DNA of 32,000 bases from Trichlorobacter lovleyi SZ. Lineage in GTDB: Bacteria; Desulfobacterota; Desulfuromonadia; Geobacterales; Pseudopelobacteraceae. Shown piece by piece: positions 1-10,112 of this stretch (positions are counted from its first letter, which is position 1; the number at the start of each line of letters is the position of its first letter). The position numbers and the translations under genes are program-made. Below the pieces are notes generated by a model that searched no databases, was not told the DNA's origin, and saw nothing but the letters and a program-made list of their open reading frames with translations. The DNA lies in assembly GCF_000020385.1 (NCBI RefSeq), contig NC_010814.1:3780001-3812000 (forward strand), given 5' to 3'.

Positions 1-1
1 G

Positions 2-214
2 CTGGTCAAGCAGAGCATCCCGCGCCAAAGCCTTGCAGAATTTCCTCAGTATGCGGTCAGGCGGACCGTAAAGGCAAAGGAAGGTAAGCTGGCTAAAGAG
101 CAGGCCAAACCAAAGAAGACAGAAGTTAAAGCTGCAACCCCCAAGCGGAAGAAGGTGGTGCCGGAGCGTCCTGCCCCCAAGACCGGCCGCCGGGGACAGC
201 GGTCAGGCAGATAA
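2..214 (+). CDS. 3' end of an upstream gene (partial); Lys/Arg-rich C-terminal tail, product unknown
   Basis: Frame 2 is open from the window edge to TAA at 212-214 (..KAKEGKLAKEQAKPKKTEVKAATPKRKKVVPERPAPKTGRRGQRSGR*). No recognisable domain in the 70 visible residues. Confidence 0.3.
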   Translation: MVKQSIPRQSLAEFPQYAVRRTVKAKEGKLAKEQAKPKKTEVKAATPKRKKVVPERPAPKTGRRGQRSGR

Positions 215-405
215 AAGGATCAACCTCTGCAGATACTCCAGCCGGGGAGCAGCTGTTCAGACAGCGCTGCAGCAGCGATCACTTTTTGCTCAAACGGAAA
301 AAACAGCCCCCGGCCTGCCCCTGCTGGATCTAACTGCTTGCGTAATCAAAAAATTGTGGTACCTCTATATGCCTCACAGCAGCCCGGCATACCCAGGCTG
401 TATGT

Positions 406-3400
406 ATGGTGAATCACAACTCCGAGCATGACAGGTTTGGTATGGCAGATACCGGCAACGTCCCCCGTTTTCCCCGATCAGCGGTTCCCGCCCCCCACCC
501 CCAAAGCGGTTTCTGTTACCGGTACATCCCTTTCCTGGTGCTTCTGGTAACGCTCTTCCTCTCGTACCAGACCTGGAAAAACACCCGGCTGCTGACTCAG
601 CAGGAACTGCAGTTAAACTTCGATCACCACACCAAAGCGGCCTATGACAACATCATACGGCGAATGGCCGCCTATGAGCAGGTATTGCGCGGTGTACAAG
701 GCTTTTTTGAAGCATCCCGCTCGGTGAGCAAACATGAATTTGCCATGTATATAACCACGTTGCGTCTTGAAGAAAGTTATCCGGGCATTCAGGGGATCGG
801 CTTTGCGCCACAGCTCCGGCATGACCGGAAGGCCGCCCATATCGCAGCCATGCGAGCTGAAGGGTTCCATTCCTATACCCTCTGGCCGGTCGGTACCCGC
901 CGGCAATATGCGCCGGTCATTTATCTTGAGCCGACCAACGAACGGAACCGGAAGGTCTTCGGGTACGATCTGCTGTCTGAATCCTCCCGGCGAGAGGCAC
1001 TCGAACGGGCGCGTGACAACGGAACCGCCGCCCTGACCGCCAAACTGCAACTGGTGCAGGAGGGCAGCCGGAACCCCCAGCCCGGCTGCATCATGTACCT
1101 GCCTGTCTACCGGCACGGGTCGGCACACAGATCGATTGAACAACGGCGTGCTGAGCTGGCGGGATGGGTCTCGGCGCCTTTCCGGATGAATGATCTGATG
1201 GTTGGTATTCTTGGCCCACAGAACGATACGCTTGATATTGAGATTTATGACGGCAACGAGATTTCGGACAAGGCCTTGCTGTACGATAATGACACCGCCC
1301 GCCATACCAGCGGCCCGGCCCCCCGTTTTCAATCCCGGCGCTCAATCGAGATTGGCGGACGTCAATGGACCATGATTACCAGCTCCATGCCCGGCTTTGA
1401 AAAAACGGTCCATAAGCGTGAACTGACGCTGGTTGCCGTAGCGAGTATCGGAGGCAGTCTCCTGCTCAGCCTGATTACCTGGTTGCTGGTATCAGCCCGC
1501 AGCAATGCACTCAGGGCAGCCTACAATGCACGCTTAACCGCCCACGCCCTTCAAGAGGCAGAGAAACTGGCTCAAATCGGCCATTTTGACTATGATCCCC
1601 GCAGCGATAAGACTTACTGGTCAGAAGGGCTGGAGCGTATCTGGGGGCTTGAGCCGGGCAATCATTATCGTCAGTTCAAAGAATTTCTTGCAACCGTACA
1701 CCCTGACGACCTGCAGATCATCCTTGACTCTGATGCCGACAAAAGCTGGCATGAAACCAACAATGAGTACCGCATCATCCGCGCTGACGGAGAAATCAGG
1801 CACATCTATTCCTACGGGTACCGGGAATCTGCCCCGGACGGCACCATCACCCGCGTTTTCGGTATCAATCAGGATATCACCGAGCGCAAACGGGCTGAAG
1901 AAGCGATCATCCGTTCACGGGATTACTATCTCCAACTGCTTGAAAACTTTCCGTCACTGATCTGGCGGGCCGGACTTGACGGCAAATGCGATTATTTCAA
2001 TCGCACCTGGCTTGCCTTTACCGGTCGCAGCATGGCCCAGGAACTGGGCTACGGCTGGGCTGAAGGGGTCCATGCCGATGACCTGCCGGCCTGCCTGAGT
2101 ACCTATTACGCGGCATTTGAAAGCCGCCGGTCTTTCACCATGGAGTACCGGCTGCGCCACCATGACGGCTCATACCACTGGATCGTTGACCATGGCAGTC
2201 CCCACCTTGACGCAGAGGGCTGTTTTATCGGCTATATCGGCAGTTGCTATGACATTAATGCCCAGAAAAATGCCGAGCTGGCCCTCAAGGAGACCCATGA
2301 GCAACTGGAGCAACGGGTGGCTGAACGGACGGCCGCCCTGACTGAAGCAAATCAACAGCTTCTGGAGAGCAGGACGCTGCTGAAAAACACCCAGCAGCAG
2401 GCCCGGCTCGGCAGTTGGTCCTGGGACATTGCCAGTGACCGGATGACCTGGTCAGACGAGCTCTACGCCATTTTCGGATGGAGCCGGGATCTGGCTGCTC
2501 CCGGCTATCACCAGCACGGCATGCTGTTTACTCCCCACAGTTACGCCTGTTTAGACAACGCGTTTGCCCGTGTACTTGCAACTGGCGAGGCCGGCATACT
2601 TGATCTGGAGCTTGAGATTGTTCGTACAGACGGCATCCACCGCTTCTGCCTGCTGCACGGCGAGGCCGTGCAGGATGATACCGGTGCGATCGTGCAACTG
2701 CGCGGCTCCCTGCAGGACATCACTGAGCGCAAGCAACTTGAAGAGCAGCTGTTTGAGGCACGCAAGCTGGAATCAATCGGCCAGATAGCCGCCGGTGTCG
2801 CCCATGAGGTCAGAACACCATTAAATGCAATCCTTTCGATTACTGAGGCCCTGTTTCATCAGCCGCAGATAGGGCATAACCCTGAGTATGATCAGTTTCT
2901 GCACCATATCCGGACTCAGGTCAACCGGCTCTCTCTGTTGATGAACGACCTCCTGGCGCTGGGCAAGCCGATCCCCGCTTCAAGCCTGCACCCTGTCCCG
3001 CTGAGTGAACTCTGCCGCGACACGATCTCGATCTGGCAGCAATCGGCCACAGGAACGGCCCGCCCGGTTGACTTCCAGAGCCATATTTCCGGCACTGCAA
3101 CCGTACTGGTAGACGGTATCAAACTCCAGCAGGCACTGTTTAACCTTCTTGAGAACGCCTCCCAGCACAGCCCTGCCCGGTCCGCCATCACGGTGGCACT
3201 GACCACCGTCCCCAGCCGCGAAATGGCCTGCATCAGAATATCCGATGCCGGCAACGGTATTCCACTCGGGCAGCTTGACAAGGTATTTGAACCGTTCTAT
3301 TCCAACCGGAAGGGTGGAACCGGCCTTGGCCTGGCTCTTGTCAAACACTTTATTGAAAACATGGGTGGCACGGTACGCCTCTGGAATAATGACCCGCCAC

Positions 3401-3453
3401 CGGGCTGCTCGGCTGAAGTCTGCGTCCCCTTACGCGATGGAGATAGTGCATGA
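406..3453 (+). CDS. CHASE-domain / triple-PAS sensor histidine kinase
   Basis: 1015-aa ORF. Two TM segments (FCYRYIPFLVLLVTLFLSY; LTLVAVASIGGSLLLSLITWLLV) bracket a ~280-aa CHASE-like periplasmic domain (GIQGIGFAP, PVIYLEP, FGYDL). Three PAS-like blocks follow, then H-box AAGVAHEVRTPLNAI, N-box LFNLLENASQHS and G-boxes DAGNGIP / GGTGLGLALV. The start could also be ATG 442. Confidence 0.9.
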   Translation: MVNHNSEHDRFGMADTGNVPRFPRSAVPAPHPQSGFCYRYIPFLVLLVTLFLSYQTWKNTRLLTQQELQLNFDHHTKAAYDNIIRRMAAYEQVLRGVQGFFEASRSVSKHEFAMYITTLRLEESYPGIQGIGFAPQLRHDRKAAHIAAMRAEGFHSYTLWPVGTRRQYAPVIYLEPTNERNRKVFGYDLLSESSRREALERARDNGTAALTAKLQLVQEGSRNPQPGCIMYLPVYRHGSAHRSIEQRRAELAGWVSAPFRMNDLMVGILGPQNDTLDIEIYDGNEISDKALLYDNDTARHTSGPAPRFQSRRSIEIGGRQWTMITSSMPGFEKTVHKRELTLVAVASIGGSLLLSLITWLLVSARSNALRAAYNARLTAHALQEAEKLAQIGHFDYDPRSDKTYWSEGLERIWGLEPGNHYRQFKEFLATVHPDDLQIILDSDADKSWHETNNEYRIIRADGEIRHIYSYGYRESAPDGTITRVFGINQDITERKRAEEAIIRSRDYYLQLLENFPSLIWRAGLDGKCDYFNRTWLAFTGRSMAQELGYGWAEGVHADDLPACLSTYYAAFESRRSFTMEYRLRHHDGSYHWIVDHGSPHLDAEGCFIGYIGSCYDINAQKNAELALKETHEQLEQRVAERTAALTEANQQLLESRTLLKNTQQQARLGSWSWDIASDRMTWSDELYAIFGWSRDLAAPGYHQHGMLFTPHSYACLDNAFARVLATGEAGILDLELEIVRTDGIHRFCLLHGEAVQDDTGAIVQLRGSLQDITERKQLEEQLFEARKLESIGQIAAGVAHEVRTPLNAILSITEALFHQPQIGHNPEYDQFLHHIRTQVNRLSLLMNDLLALGKPIPASSLHPVPLSELCRDTISIWQQSATGTARPVDFQSHISGTATVLVDGIKLQQALFNLLENASQHSPARSAITVALTTVPSREMACIRISDAGNGIPLGQLDKVFEPFYSNRKGGTGLGLALVKHFIENMGGTVRLWNNDPPPGCSAEVCVPLRDGDSA

Positions 3454-4772
3454 AGACACATATTTTGTTGGTGGAGGACGATGTTGCAAGCCGGTTCGGC
3501 TTTATCCATTTTTTCTCTCGCGAAGGCTACGCCATCACTGAGGCAACCGGCATCGCAGAGGCAACAGAGGCGATCGCCGGTCAACGTTTTGATGCCGTTA
3601 TTCTGGACAACAACCTGCCGGACGGAAACGGCATAGATTTTATCAGTACCGTACGGACCTATGACGGAACGGTTCCCATCATCATTATTACCGGCACAGC
3701 GGATATCCCCCTTGCGGTTGAGGCGATGCAACGCGGCGCAGACAATTTTCTGACCAAACCGGTAGACAACGCAGGTCTTTCGGCTTTTTTGAAAAAGACT
3801 CTTGAGATCGGCGTCTTGAAGAGACGTGTGGTTGCGCGCCAACGGCTTGAGAAGCAGGAGGAGATGTTCTGGGGGAACAGCGCTGCCATGCGCCAGGCCT
3901 TTGATCTGGCACGAATTGCAGCCGAGAGCGACAGCCCTGTACTGCTGACGGGTGAGACCGGCACCGGAAAAGGGATGATCGCCAAATGGATTCACCGTAA
4001 CAGCAGCCGGTCAGACAATGAATTCGTTGAAGTCAACTGTTCCTGCCTGCGGGGGGAGCTGCTGGCACGTGAAATTTTTGGAAACGCCCGGGGGGCTTTT
4101 ACCTCGGCCGATCAGGATCGCAAGGGCCTGCTTGATATAGCGGACCGGGGCACCCTGTTTCTGGACGAAATCGGTGATATGGGACTGGAAGTCCAGGCCC
4201 AGTTTCTCAAGGTGCTTGAGGAAAAGACCTATCGCCGCCTTGGGGATGTGAAGCTGCTACGAAGTAATTTCAGGCTGATCTGTGCCACCAACCGGGAAAT
4301 TGCAAATCTGCTCAAAAAAGGGTTGTTCCGGCAGGACCTACTCTTCCGGATCAACCTCATTACTATCGCAATCCCCCCCTTAAGACAACGCATGGAAGAT
4401 CTCCCAGCCATTATCGCAGCAATACTGCGCTCTCTGGGAAGAGACGACACCAGCGTCGGCCCGGAGATCATGGCCCTGCTACGCGGCTACACCTGGCCCG
4501 GCAATTTCCGCGAACTGCATAATGTCCTGGAACGCGCACATCTTCTGGCCCGCGGCGGCTCCCTGCTCCCTGCCTATTTCTTCGGACTGAACGGAGCCGC
4601 TGCCCCTCTTCCAGCTTCTGCTGCACCGGTCCCTCGCGCCCTGAAACCGCTTGATATGCAGCAGATTCAGCAGGCTCTGGATGAGGCTGATGGCTGTGTC
4701 GAAAAGGCGGCTGCACTGCTGAATGTCTCTCGGGCAACCCTCTATCGCAGGCTCAAGCAGAACGGAGAATAG
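3450..4772 (+). CDS. sigma-54-dependent response regulator (NtrC family: REC-AAA+-Fis HTH)
   Basis: REC (LLVEDD, ILDNNLPDGNG), Walker A GETGTGKG, GAFTSA loop, Walker B TLFLDEIGD, C-terminal HTH LLNVSRATLYRRLK. ATGA start/stop overlap with the upstream kinase. Confidence 0.93.
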   Translation: MKTHILLVEDDVASRFGFIHFFSREGYAITEATGIAEATEAIAGQRFDAVILDNNLPDGNGIDFISTVRTYDGTVPIIIITGTADIPLAVEAMQRGADNFLTKPVDNAGLSAFLKKTLEIGVLKRRVVARQRLEKQEEMFWGNSAAMRQAFDLARIAAESDSPVLLTGETGTGKGMIAKWIHRNSSRSDNEFVEVNCSCLRGELLAREIFGNARGAFTSADQDRKGLLDIADRGTLFLDEIGDMGLEVQAQFLKVLEEKTYRRLGDVKLLRSNFRLICATNREIANLLKKGLFRQDLLFRINLITIAIPPLRQRMEDLPAIIAAILRSLGRDDTSVGPEIMALLRGYTWPGNFRELHNVLERAHLLARGGSLLPAYFFGLNGAAAPLPASAAPVPRALKPLDMQQIQQALDEADGCVEKAAALLNVSRATLYRRLKQNGE

Positions 4773-4828
4773 GGCAGCCCGCGGCAGCATGCCGTTTCAA
4801 ACCAACAAGGCCGTTTCAGTCTCATCTC

Positions 4829-4863
4829 AGCGTCTCACCACCCTGCCGGCCGCGTGAGACGCT
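4829..4863 (+). promoter_or_regulatory. perfect 10-bp inverted repeat AGCGTCTCAC-N15-GTGAGACGCT (candidate activator binding site, or T-less terminator hairpin)
   Basis: Arms 4829-4838 and 4854-4863 are exact reverse complements. It lies ~55 nt after the regulator stop and ~50-85 nt upstream of the -24 element at 4913. A direct repeat GCCGTTTCA occurs twice just upstream (about 4790-4818). Confidence 0.4.
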
Positions 4864-4912
4864 ACACCGGGAAGATACTGTTATCACTCACAGTTGTCCT
4901 TCAAAGACATTA

Positions 4913-4927
4913 TGGCACTGATTTTGT
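4913..4927 (+). promoter_or_regulatory. candidate sigma-54 (-24/-12) promoter, TGGCAC-N5-TTGT
   Basis: TGGCACtgattTTGT has a perfect -24 element and correct spacing, but -12 reads GT instead of the conserved GC. It sits ~215 nt upstream of the hybrid kinase start. Confidence 0.3.
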
Positions 4928-5144
4928 AACACCGCCACAGATTGTAACCACCCCAGCCTCCGGCCAGCAGACGTCAGTCACGCTGGCAACTCCGATTCCA
5001 GTGCAGGGATGCCATCAAGGCGGCGAAACAGCCGGCGATGCAGGTGTAGACGCCGTACACCGAGAAGCCGAAGACACGCCAACACAGAAATAACCTTGCA
5101 CCGGAGCCGGCATAACACGGCAGGGAAATTCAGGATGATTCGAC

Positions 5145-8100
5145 ATGGTTCATATTCGGCGTGCTGTCACGACAACAATTGTACTGCTATTCCTGATCTG
5201 TCTGCAGATTGCGGCCTCTGCAGAGGAGCGCGAGGTAACGATCGGGGCCCTGGCCAACAATGGCCGGGAGGCCGCACTCGAACAATGGCGGCAACATGCC
5301 GGATACCTTGCGGATAAACTGCCGAACTACCGTTTCAAAATTATTCCCCTTGATTTCGATGCCCTCTACCCGGCGGTTCGTAAAGGCCTTGTCGACTTTG
5401 TGATCGTCAACACCGGCCAATATGTGGAGCTGGAGGCGGATGCAGGCATCAAACGGATTGCAACGCTCAGTAGCCGCGGCCCTGCCGGCAACTATACCGT
5501 CTTTGGCGGGGTACTGATTACCCGCAATACCCGCACCGACCCGGCAAGACTGGCTGATCTGCGCGGCAAAAAACTGCTCGTGCCGGATACCACGTCATTT
5601 GGCGGCTGGCTGATGCAGCGGAGGGAGCTGAAAGCTGCGGGAATCGAGCAGTCAGAGCTGGTGCTTGAGTCTACCGGCTCCCACGAGGGTGTGGTACGGG
5701 CACTGTTGGAGGGAAAGGCCGACGCCGGAGCAGTACGGACCGGTGTCCTGGAACGGATGGCCGAGGAAGGGACGCTTGACCTCAACGCGATCAGGGTCAT
5801 CAACGAGCTGCAGACTCCCGACTTCCCTTTCAGACACAGCACCAGGCTCTATCCTGAATGGTCATTTTCAAAGCTGCACCATACCAGCGAGCAGTTATCC
5901 CGACAGGTGGCCATTGCACTGCTCAGCCTCCCGGAACAGAGCGCCGCCGCCGAGTCGGCCAACATCGGCGGCTGGACCATTGCTGCAGATTATGCCGCCG
6001 CCCATGAGCTCTACCGGGAACTCAAGCTGGGACCGTATCGCGGGGCAGGCAGGTTCAACCTTACGGATGTCCTCCACAAATACCGGTTGCTTGCACTCTT
6101 GGCACTACTGATTATCTGCCTGCTTGTCCTGGCTACCGTGCTGGTTGTGCGGGCAAACCGGCGCCTGACCCATACGCTGCAGGAACTTGAGCTGCAACGG
6201 AAAACCACCGACTGGGCGCTGGATAACCTGAATGAGCAGACCGTGCAACTGGAGCAGACCAATGAAGAGCTTCAGACCATAAATGAGCAGCTCCTCACCA
6301 CCAACAATGAGCGGGGTCTGCTGCTTGAGGCCCTGCGGTCAAGCGAAGATCAGCTGCGTGCGATCCTGGACTCCACCGCTGAGGCGATCTACGGCACCAA
6401 CCTGCAAGGCATCTGCACCTTCTGCAATGCGGCCTGCCTGCGCATGCTGGGCTATGACGATCCAGCGCAGTTGATCGGTAAAAACATGCACCACCAGATT
6501 CACCATAGCCACCGCGATGGGTCGGCCTTTCCCGAGGAGGAATGCCGCATCTCGCAATCCTTCAAGGAAGGGCAGGGAATACACGTCGATGACGAGGTCT
6601 TCTGGCGGCGTGACGGCAGCTGTTTTCCGGTTGAATACTGGTCCTACCCACAGTATCAGGACGGCCGGATCGTCGGCACGGTGGCAACCTTCATGGATAT
6701 CACCGAACGGATCAAATCCCATTCGAGTCTGCTGATGTTGTCACGGGCCGTTGAAAACAGTCCGGCGATCGTGGTAATCACCGATCATGCCGGTTCAATC
6801 GAATACGTTAACTCAAAATTTGTCGAGATCACCGGATTTGCGGCTGAAGATGCACTTGGTCATAACCCGCGGATTCTGAATGCCGGTGTGCAGTCCAAGG
6901 AATTTTACCGGCAGATGTGGGACACCATCAATGCCGGGCAGGAGTGGCGGGGAGAGTTCTGCAACCGCAAGAAAAACGGTGAAATGCACTGGGAACATGC
7001 CTCCATATCGCCGATCCGTGATGATCATGGACGCATTACCCATTTTGTTGCGGTCAAGGAAGATATTACGGAAAGCAGGCGTATTGCCGATGAACTGCGG
7101 CGCGCCAAGGAAGAGGCTGAGGCCGGCAACCGTTCCAAGTCGGAGTTTCTGGCCAATATGAGCCATGAGATTCGTACCCCGCTCAACGCCATCATCGGCT
7201 TTAACACCCTGGCGCTGGAAACCCAGCTTACGGCCCAGCAGCATGACTATCTGTCGCGGGTCAATTTTGCCGCCACGTCATTGCTGCGGATTATCAACGA
7301 AATACTCGATTTTTCAAAGATTGAGGCGGGCAAGCTGGAATTTGAACATGCGGTGTTCAACCCTCGCGAGGTGTTGCAGAACATCATCAATCTCTTTCAG
7401 CAGCAGGCCGCGCACAAGGGGCTGTCACTCGAACTGCACTGTTCCGACAACCTGCCTGCAGAGCTTGTGGGCGACTCGGTCCGGCTGGGGCAGGTGCTGG
7501 TCAACCTGGTGGGCAATGCCGTCAAGTTCACTGAACAGGGGGCGGTCTCTCTATACGCATCGCCCACGGAATACGGCTGTGAGAATGTCACGCTGGAATT
7601 CTCTGTCCGTGACACCGGTATCGGGCTTGCCCCGGACAAACTCACCAAACTGTTTCAGCCCTTCACGCAAGCCGACGGATCGATTACGCGCAAATTTGGC
7701 GGCACCGGTCTGGGACTGTCGATCTCCAAGCGGATTGTTGAGCTGACCGGAGGTCATATCTGGGCAGAGAGCGAGCCCGGTTACGGCTCTGTCTTCTCCT
7801 TCAACATGCCCTTCAGCTTCCCGGCAGCCGGCTCAGCCGCTGCCCGGCAGTGCAGCGCCACGCAGCAACCTGCTGAACTCCCTGCACTGCTGCCGTACCA
7901 GGCACCACCACAAAGGCTGACTGTGCGCCCCGGTGCCGCAGACGAGCTCGCAGGTCTCCGTATCCTGCTGGTGGAAGACAACGAGATGAACCGGACCCTG
8001 GCGGTTGAGTTGTTACGGCGCAGGGGCGCGCAGATAGACAGCGCGGTCAACGGCTGTGAAGCGCTGGCCAGGATACTGCACGAAGCGGCCCCCTACGACA

Positions 8101-9008
8101 TCGTATTAATGGACCTGCAGATGCCGGGCATGGATGGCTATGAAGCCACCAGAAAGATCCGGGCCGACCTGCGCTTCAGCGCACTTCCGATAATCGCCGT
8201 CACTGCGCATGCCATGGTCGAAGAAAGAGACCGGTGCCGGGAGGTCGGCATGAACGGCTACCTGACCAAACCGTTGAACGTCCCGGAAATGATCAATCTG
8301 ATCAGGGAGACAACCAACCGGGGCAGCCTGCCAGTCAATCCGGCGCCTGCAGCGTGCGAGACAGACTGCTCACCGGACATTCCGGGCCTTGACGTGACCG
8401 GCGCCCTTGAGCGGATCGATGATGACCTGCCCCTGTATCTCTGGTTACTGCGTACCTTTGTTGAAAAACATGGCAGTGCGGCGGCAGAGATCGCGGCAGC
8501 CTGTGCACACGGCAACACGGTGGCTGCCAAACGCCGTGCCCATACCGTCCGGGGGGCAGCAGGTGCGATCGGCGCCGATCTGCTGCTGGAGCAGGCCGGA
8601 GAGCTGGAAGAGCTGCTGGGTAGCGAGACCGGGCAGGAGGGCATGCTGGAACAGATCGCCGCATTTGAATCGACATTACGGGCACTGACGCAGCAGCTGC
8701 GACGCTTCCTCAAGCTGCCGGATATAGACGGTGACGCCCCGGCCGCCACAGAACGTGAACTGGTGCAGGCACATGAGGTGATCTCCCGCCTGAGAGATTA
8801 CCTGCGCAACCAGGATGGCCATGCGGTCCGCTACCTGCAGGAATCCTGCGCAGTGCTGACCGCAGTATCCGCCACAGAACTGAAACGCCTGCAACAGCAG
8901 CTTGCCAGCTATGACTATGATGCCGCCCTCGAACAGTTGCGGACCATCTCGCTACGGCTCGGCATCAGCACGGAACAGCTGGGACACCAACAGGACGGGG
9001 CATGCTGA
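5145..9008 (+). CDS. hybrid sensor histidine kinase (PhnD-like periplasmic domain, 2 PAS, HisKA, HATPase, REC, Hpt)
   Basis: 1287-aa ORF with a signal-like N terminus and a phosphonate-binding-protein-like periplasmic domain ([38 protein letters not shown]). [23 protein letters not shown], coiled coil, two PAS, H-box [22 protein letters not shown] / DTGIG / [12 protein letters not shown] ([21 protein letters not shown]), Hpt ([13 protein letters not shown]). Confidence 0.9.
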   Translation: MVHIRRAVTTTIVLLFLICLQIAASAEEREVTIGALANNGREAALEQWRQHAGYLADKLPNYRFKIIPLDFDALYPAVRKGLVDFVIVNTGQYVELEADAGIKRIATLSSRGPAGNYTVFGGVLITRNTRTDPARLADLRGKKLLVPDTTSFGGWLMQRRELKAAGIEQSELVLESTGSHEGVVRALLEGKADAGAVRTGVLERMAEEGTLDLNAIRVINELQTPDFPFRHSTRLYPEWSFSKLHHTSEQLSRQVAIALLSLPEQSAAAESANIGGWTIAADYAAAHELYRELKLGPYRGAGRFNLTDVLHKYRLLALLALLIICLLVLATVLVVRANRRLTHTLQELELQRKTTDWALDNLNEQTVQLEQTNEELQTINEQLLTTNNERGLLLEALRSSEDQLRAILDSTAEAIYGTNLQGICTFCNAACLRMLGYDDPAQLIGKNMHHQIHHSHRDGSAFPEEECRISQSFKEGQGIHVDDEVFWRRDGSCFPVEYWSYPQYQDGRIVGTVATFMDITERIKSHSSLLMLSRAVENSPAIVVITDHAGSIEYVNSKFVEITGFAAEDALGHNPRILNAGVQSKEFYRQMWDTINAGQEWRGEFCNRKKNGEMHWEHASISPIRDDHGRITHFVAVKEDITESRRIADELRRAKEEAEAGNRSKSEFLANMSHEIRTPLNAIIGFNTLALETQLTAQQHDYLSRVNFAATSLLRIINEILDFSKIEAGKLEFEHAVFNPREVLQNIINLFQQQAAHKGLSLELHCSDNLPAELVGDSVRLGQVLVNLVGNAVKFTEQGAVSLYASPTEYGCENVTLEFSVRDTGIGLAPDKLTKLFQPFTQADGSITRKFGGTGLGLSISKRIVELTGGHIWAESEPGYGSVFSFNMPFSFPAAGSAAARQCSATQQPAELPALLPYQAPPQRLTVRPGAADELAGLRILLVEDNEMNRTLAVELLRRRGAQIDSAVNGCEALARILHEAAPYDIVLMDLQMPGMDGYEATRKIRADLRFSALPIIAVTAHAMVEERDRCREVGMNGYLTKPLNVPEMINLIRETTNRGSLPVNPAPAACETDCSPDIPGLDVTGALERIDDDLPLYLWLLRTFVEKHGSAAAEIAAACAHGNTVAAKRRAHTVRGAAGAIGADLLLEQAGELEELLGSETGQEGMLEQIAAFESTLRALTQQLRRFLKLPDIDGDAPAATERELVQAHEVISRLRDYLRNQDGHAVRYLQESCAVLTAVSATELKRLQQQLASYDYDAALEQLRTISLRLGISTEQLGHQQDGAC

Positions 9009-10093
9009 TGTTCCCAAAGGAGCACCCCGCCTATACCGTTCTCCTGGTTGACGATAATCCGGAAAATATCCGTCTGCTGGATGAGGCGCTGCGCGATGAG
9101 TACACCATCAAGGTTGCCACCCGCGGTGAAAAGGCACTGGAGATTGCCCGCAGCATGCCGGTCGACATTATCCTGCTCGACATCATGATGCCCGGCATGA
9201 ACGGCTTTGATACCTGCCGCCGGCTCAAGGCGGACCCCGCCACCCGGGGGATTCCGGTCATTTTTGTCTCCGCACGGGGTGAGGTCGAGGATGAATCCGT
9301 AGGTTTTGCCTGCGGTGGCGTTGACTACATCACCAAGCCGGTCCGTTTTCCTGTGGTGCGTGCCCGGCTCAGGACTCACCTGGCGCTCTACAGCCAGGAG
9401 CGCACGCTTGAACAGCTGGTCCGGCAGCGCACCACTGAACTGGCAGAGAGCCGCATGGAAATCCTGCAATGTCTGGGACGGGCAGCGGAGTATCGCGACA
9501 ATGAGACCGGCAGGCATGTCATCAGGATGAGCCACTACTGCTACATCATCGCCAAGGCCTATGGTGTCTCCGATGACGAGGCCAACCTGCTCCGCACTGT
9601 CTCACCAATGCATGATATCGGCAAGATCGGCATCCCTGACAGCGTGTTGTTGAAGCAGGCCCGCCTCAATGTGGATGACCGTGCCATTATTCAGCAGCAT
9701 TGCGCCATCGGGCACAACATTCTCGGCACCCATCCGTCACCGCTCTTGCGCTCCGCTGCCATGGTTGCCCTTACGCACCATGAGCGCTGGGACGGCAATG
9801 GCTACCCGAACCGGCTGCACGGCGAAGACATCCCGCTCTTCAGCCGGATCCTTGCCATAGCCGATGTCTTTGACGCCCTCACCAGTTGCCGCCCTTACAA
9901 GCAGGCCTGGCCGCTGGCAGATGCCGTCGAAGAGATACAGCGCTGCAGCGGCAGCCACTTTGAGCCTGCAGTTGTCGAGGCCTTTTTAAGGAGCCTGCCT
10001 GCCATTGAGGCCATTCATACGCAATATGCCGACTCCGGCGAGCCGGCTTCCAGCAGCTCAACCACTTACCAACCGGTTGATAGCACCGAATAA
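9002..10093 (+). CDS. response regulator with HD-GYP domain (probable c-di-GMP phosphodiesterase, RpfG-like)
   Basis: REC (VLLVDDNPENI, LLDIMMPGMNG) followed by HD-GYP signatures HDIGKIGIP and HHERWDGNGYP. It overlaps the kinase stop (ATG 9002, or ATG 9008 in a TGATG overlap). Confidence 0.9.
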   Translation: MLMFPKEHPAYTVLLVDDNPENIRLLDEALRDEYTIKVATRGEKALEIARSMPVDIILLDIMMPGMNGFDTCRRLKADPATRGIPVIFVSARGEVEDESVGFACGGVDYITKPVRFPVVRARLRTHLALYSQERTLEQLVRQRTTELAESRMEILQCLGRAAEYRDNETGRHVIRMSHYCYIIAKAYGVSDDEANLLRTVSPMHDIGKIGIPDSVLLKQARLNVDDRAIIQQHCAIGHNILGTHPSPLLRSAAMVALTHHERWDGNGYPNRLHGEDIPLFSRILAIADVFDALTSCRPYKQAWPLADAVEEIQRCSGSHFEPAVVEAFLRSLPAIEAIHTQYADSGEPASSSSTTYQPVDSTE

Positions 10094-10112
10094 TTCCAGA
10101 CAGGAGAACACC

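Noticed and set aside
357-372. TGGTAC..TGC sigma-54-like element upstream of the CHASE kinase
   Set aside because: The GG to GC spacing is 11 rather than 10 and both half-sites are imperfect.
4948-5100. Minus-strand frame with strong GC3 bias encoding a TM-like segment (..LFLCWRVFGFSVYGVYTCIAGCFAALMASLHW..)
   Set aside because: There is no usable start codon or RBS, it is interrupted by a TGA, and I recognise no family. It may be a relic of a small membrane protein gene, but I cannot support that from sequence alone.
5009-5317. 102-aa Arg-rich plus-strand ORF and the 4854-5093 ORF in the leader of the hybrid kinase
   Set aside because: Extreme Arg/Cys composition, no RBS, and overlap with the kinase start in another frame.
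10005-10112. N-terminal extensions offered by the ORF track (10005, 15042, 16532, 17290, 18162, 27968, 29387, 23911, 22114, 24029)
   Set aside because: In each case an internal ATG with a Shine-Dalgarno-like sequence gives a sensible N terminus (signal peptide or conserved domain start). The extension either overlaps the upstream gene or encodes Arg/Pro-rich junk.
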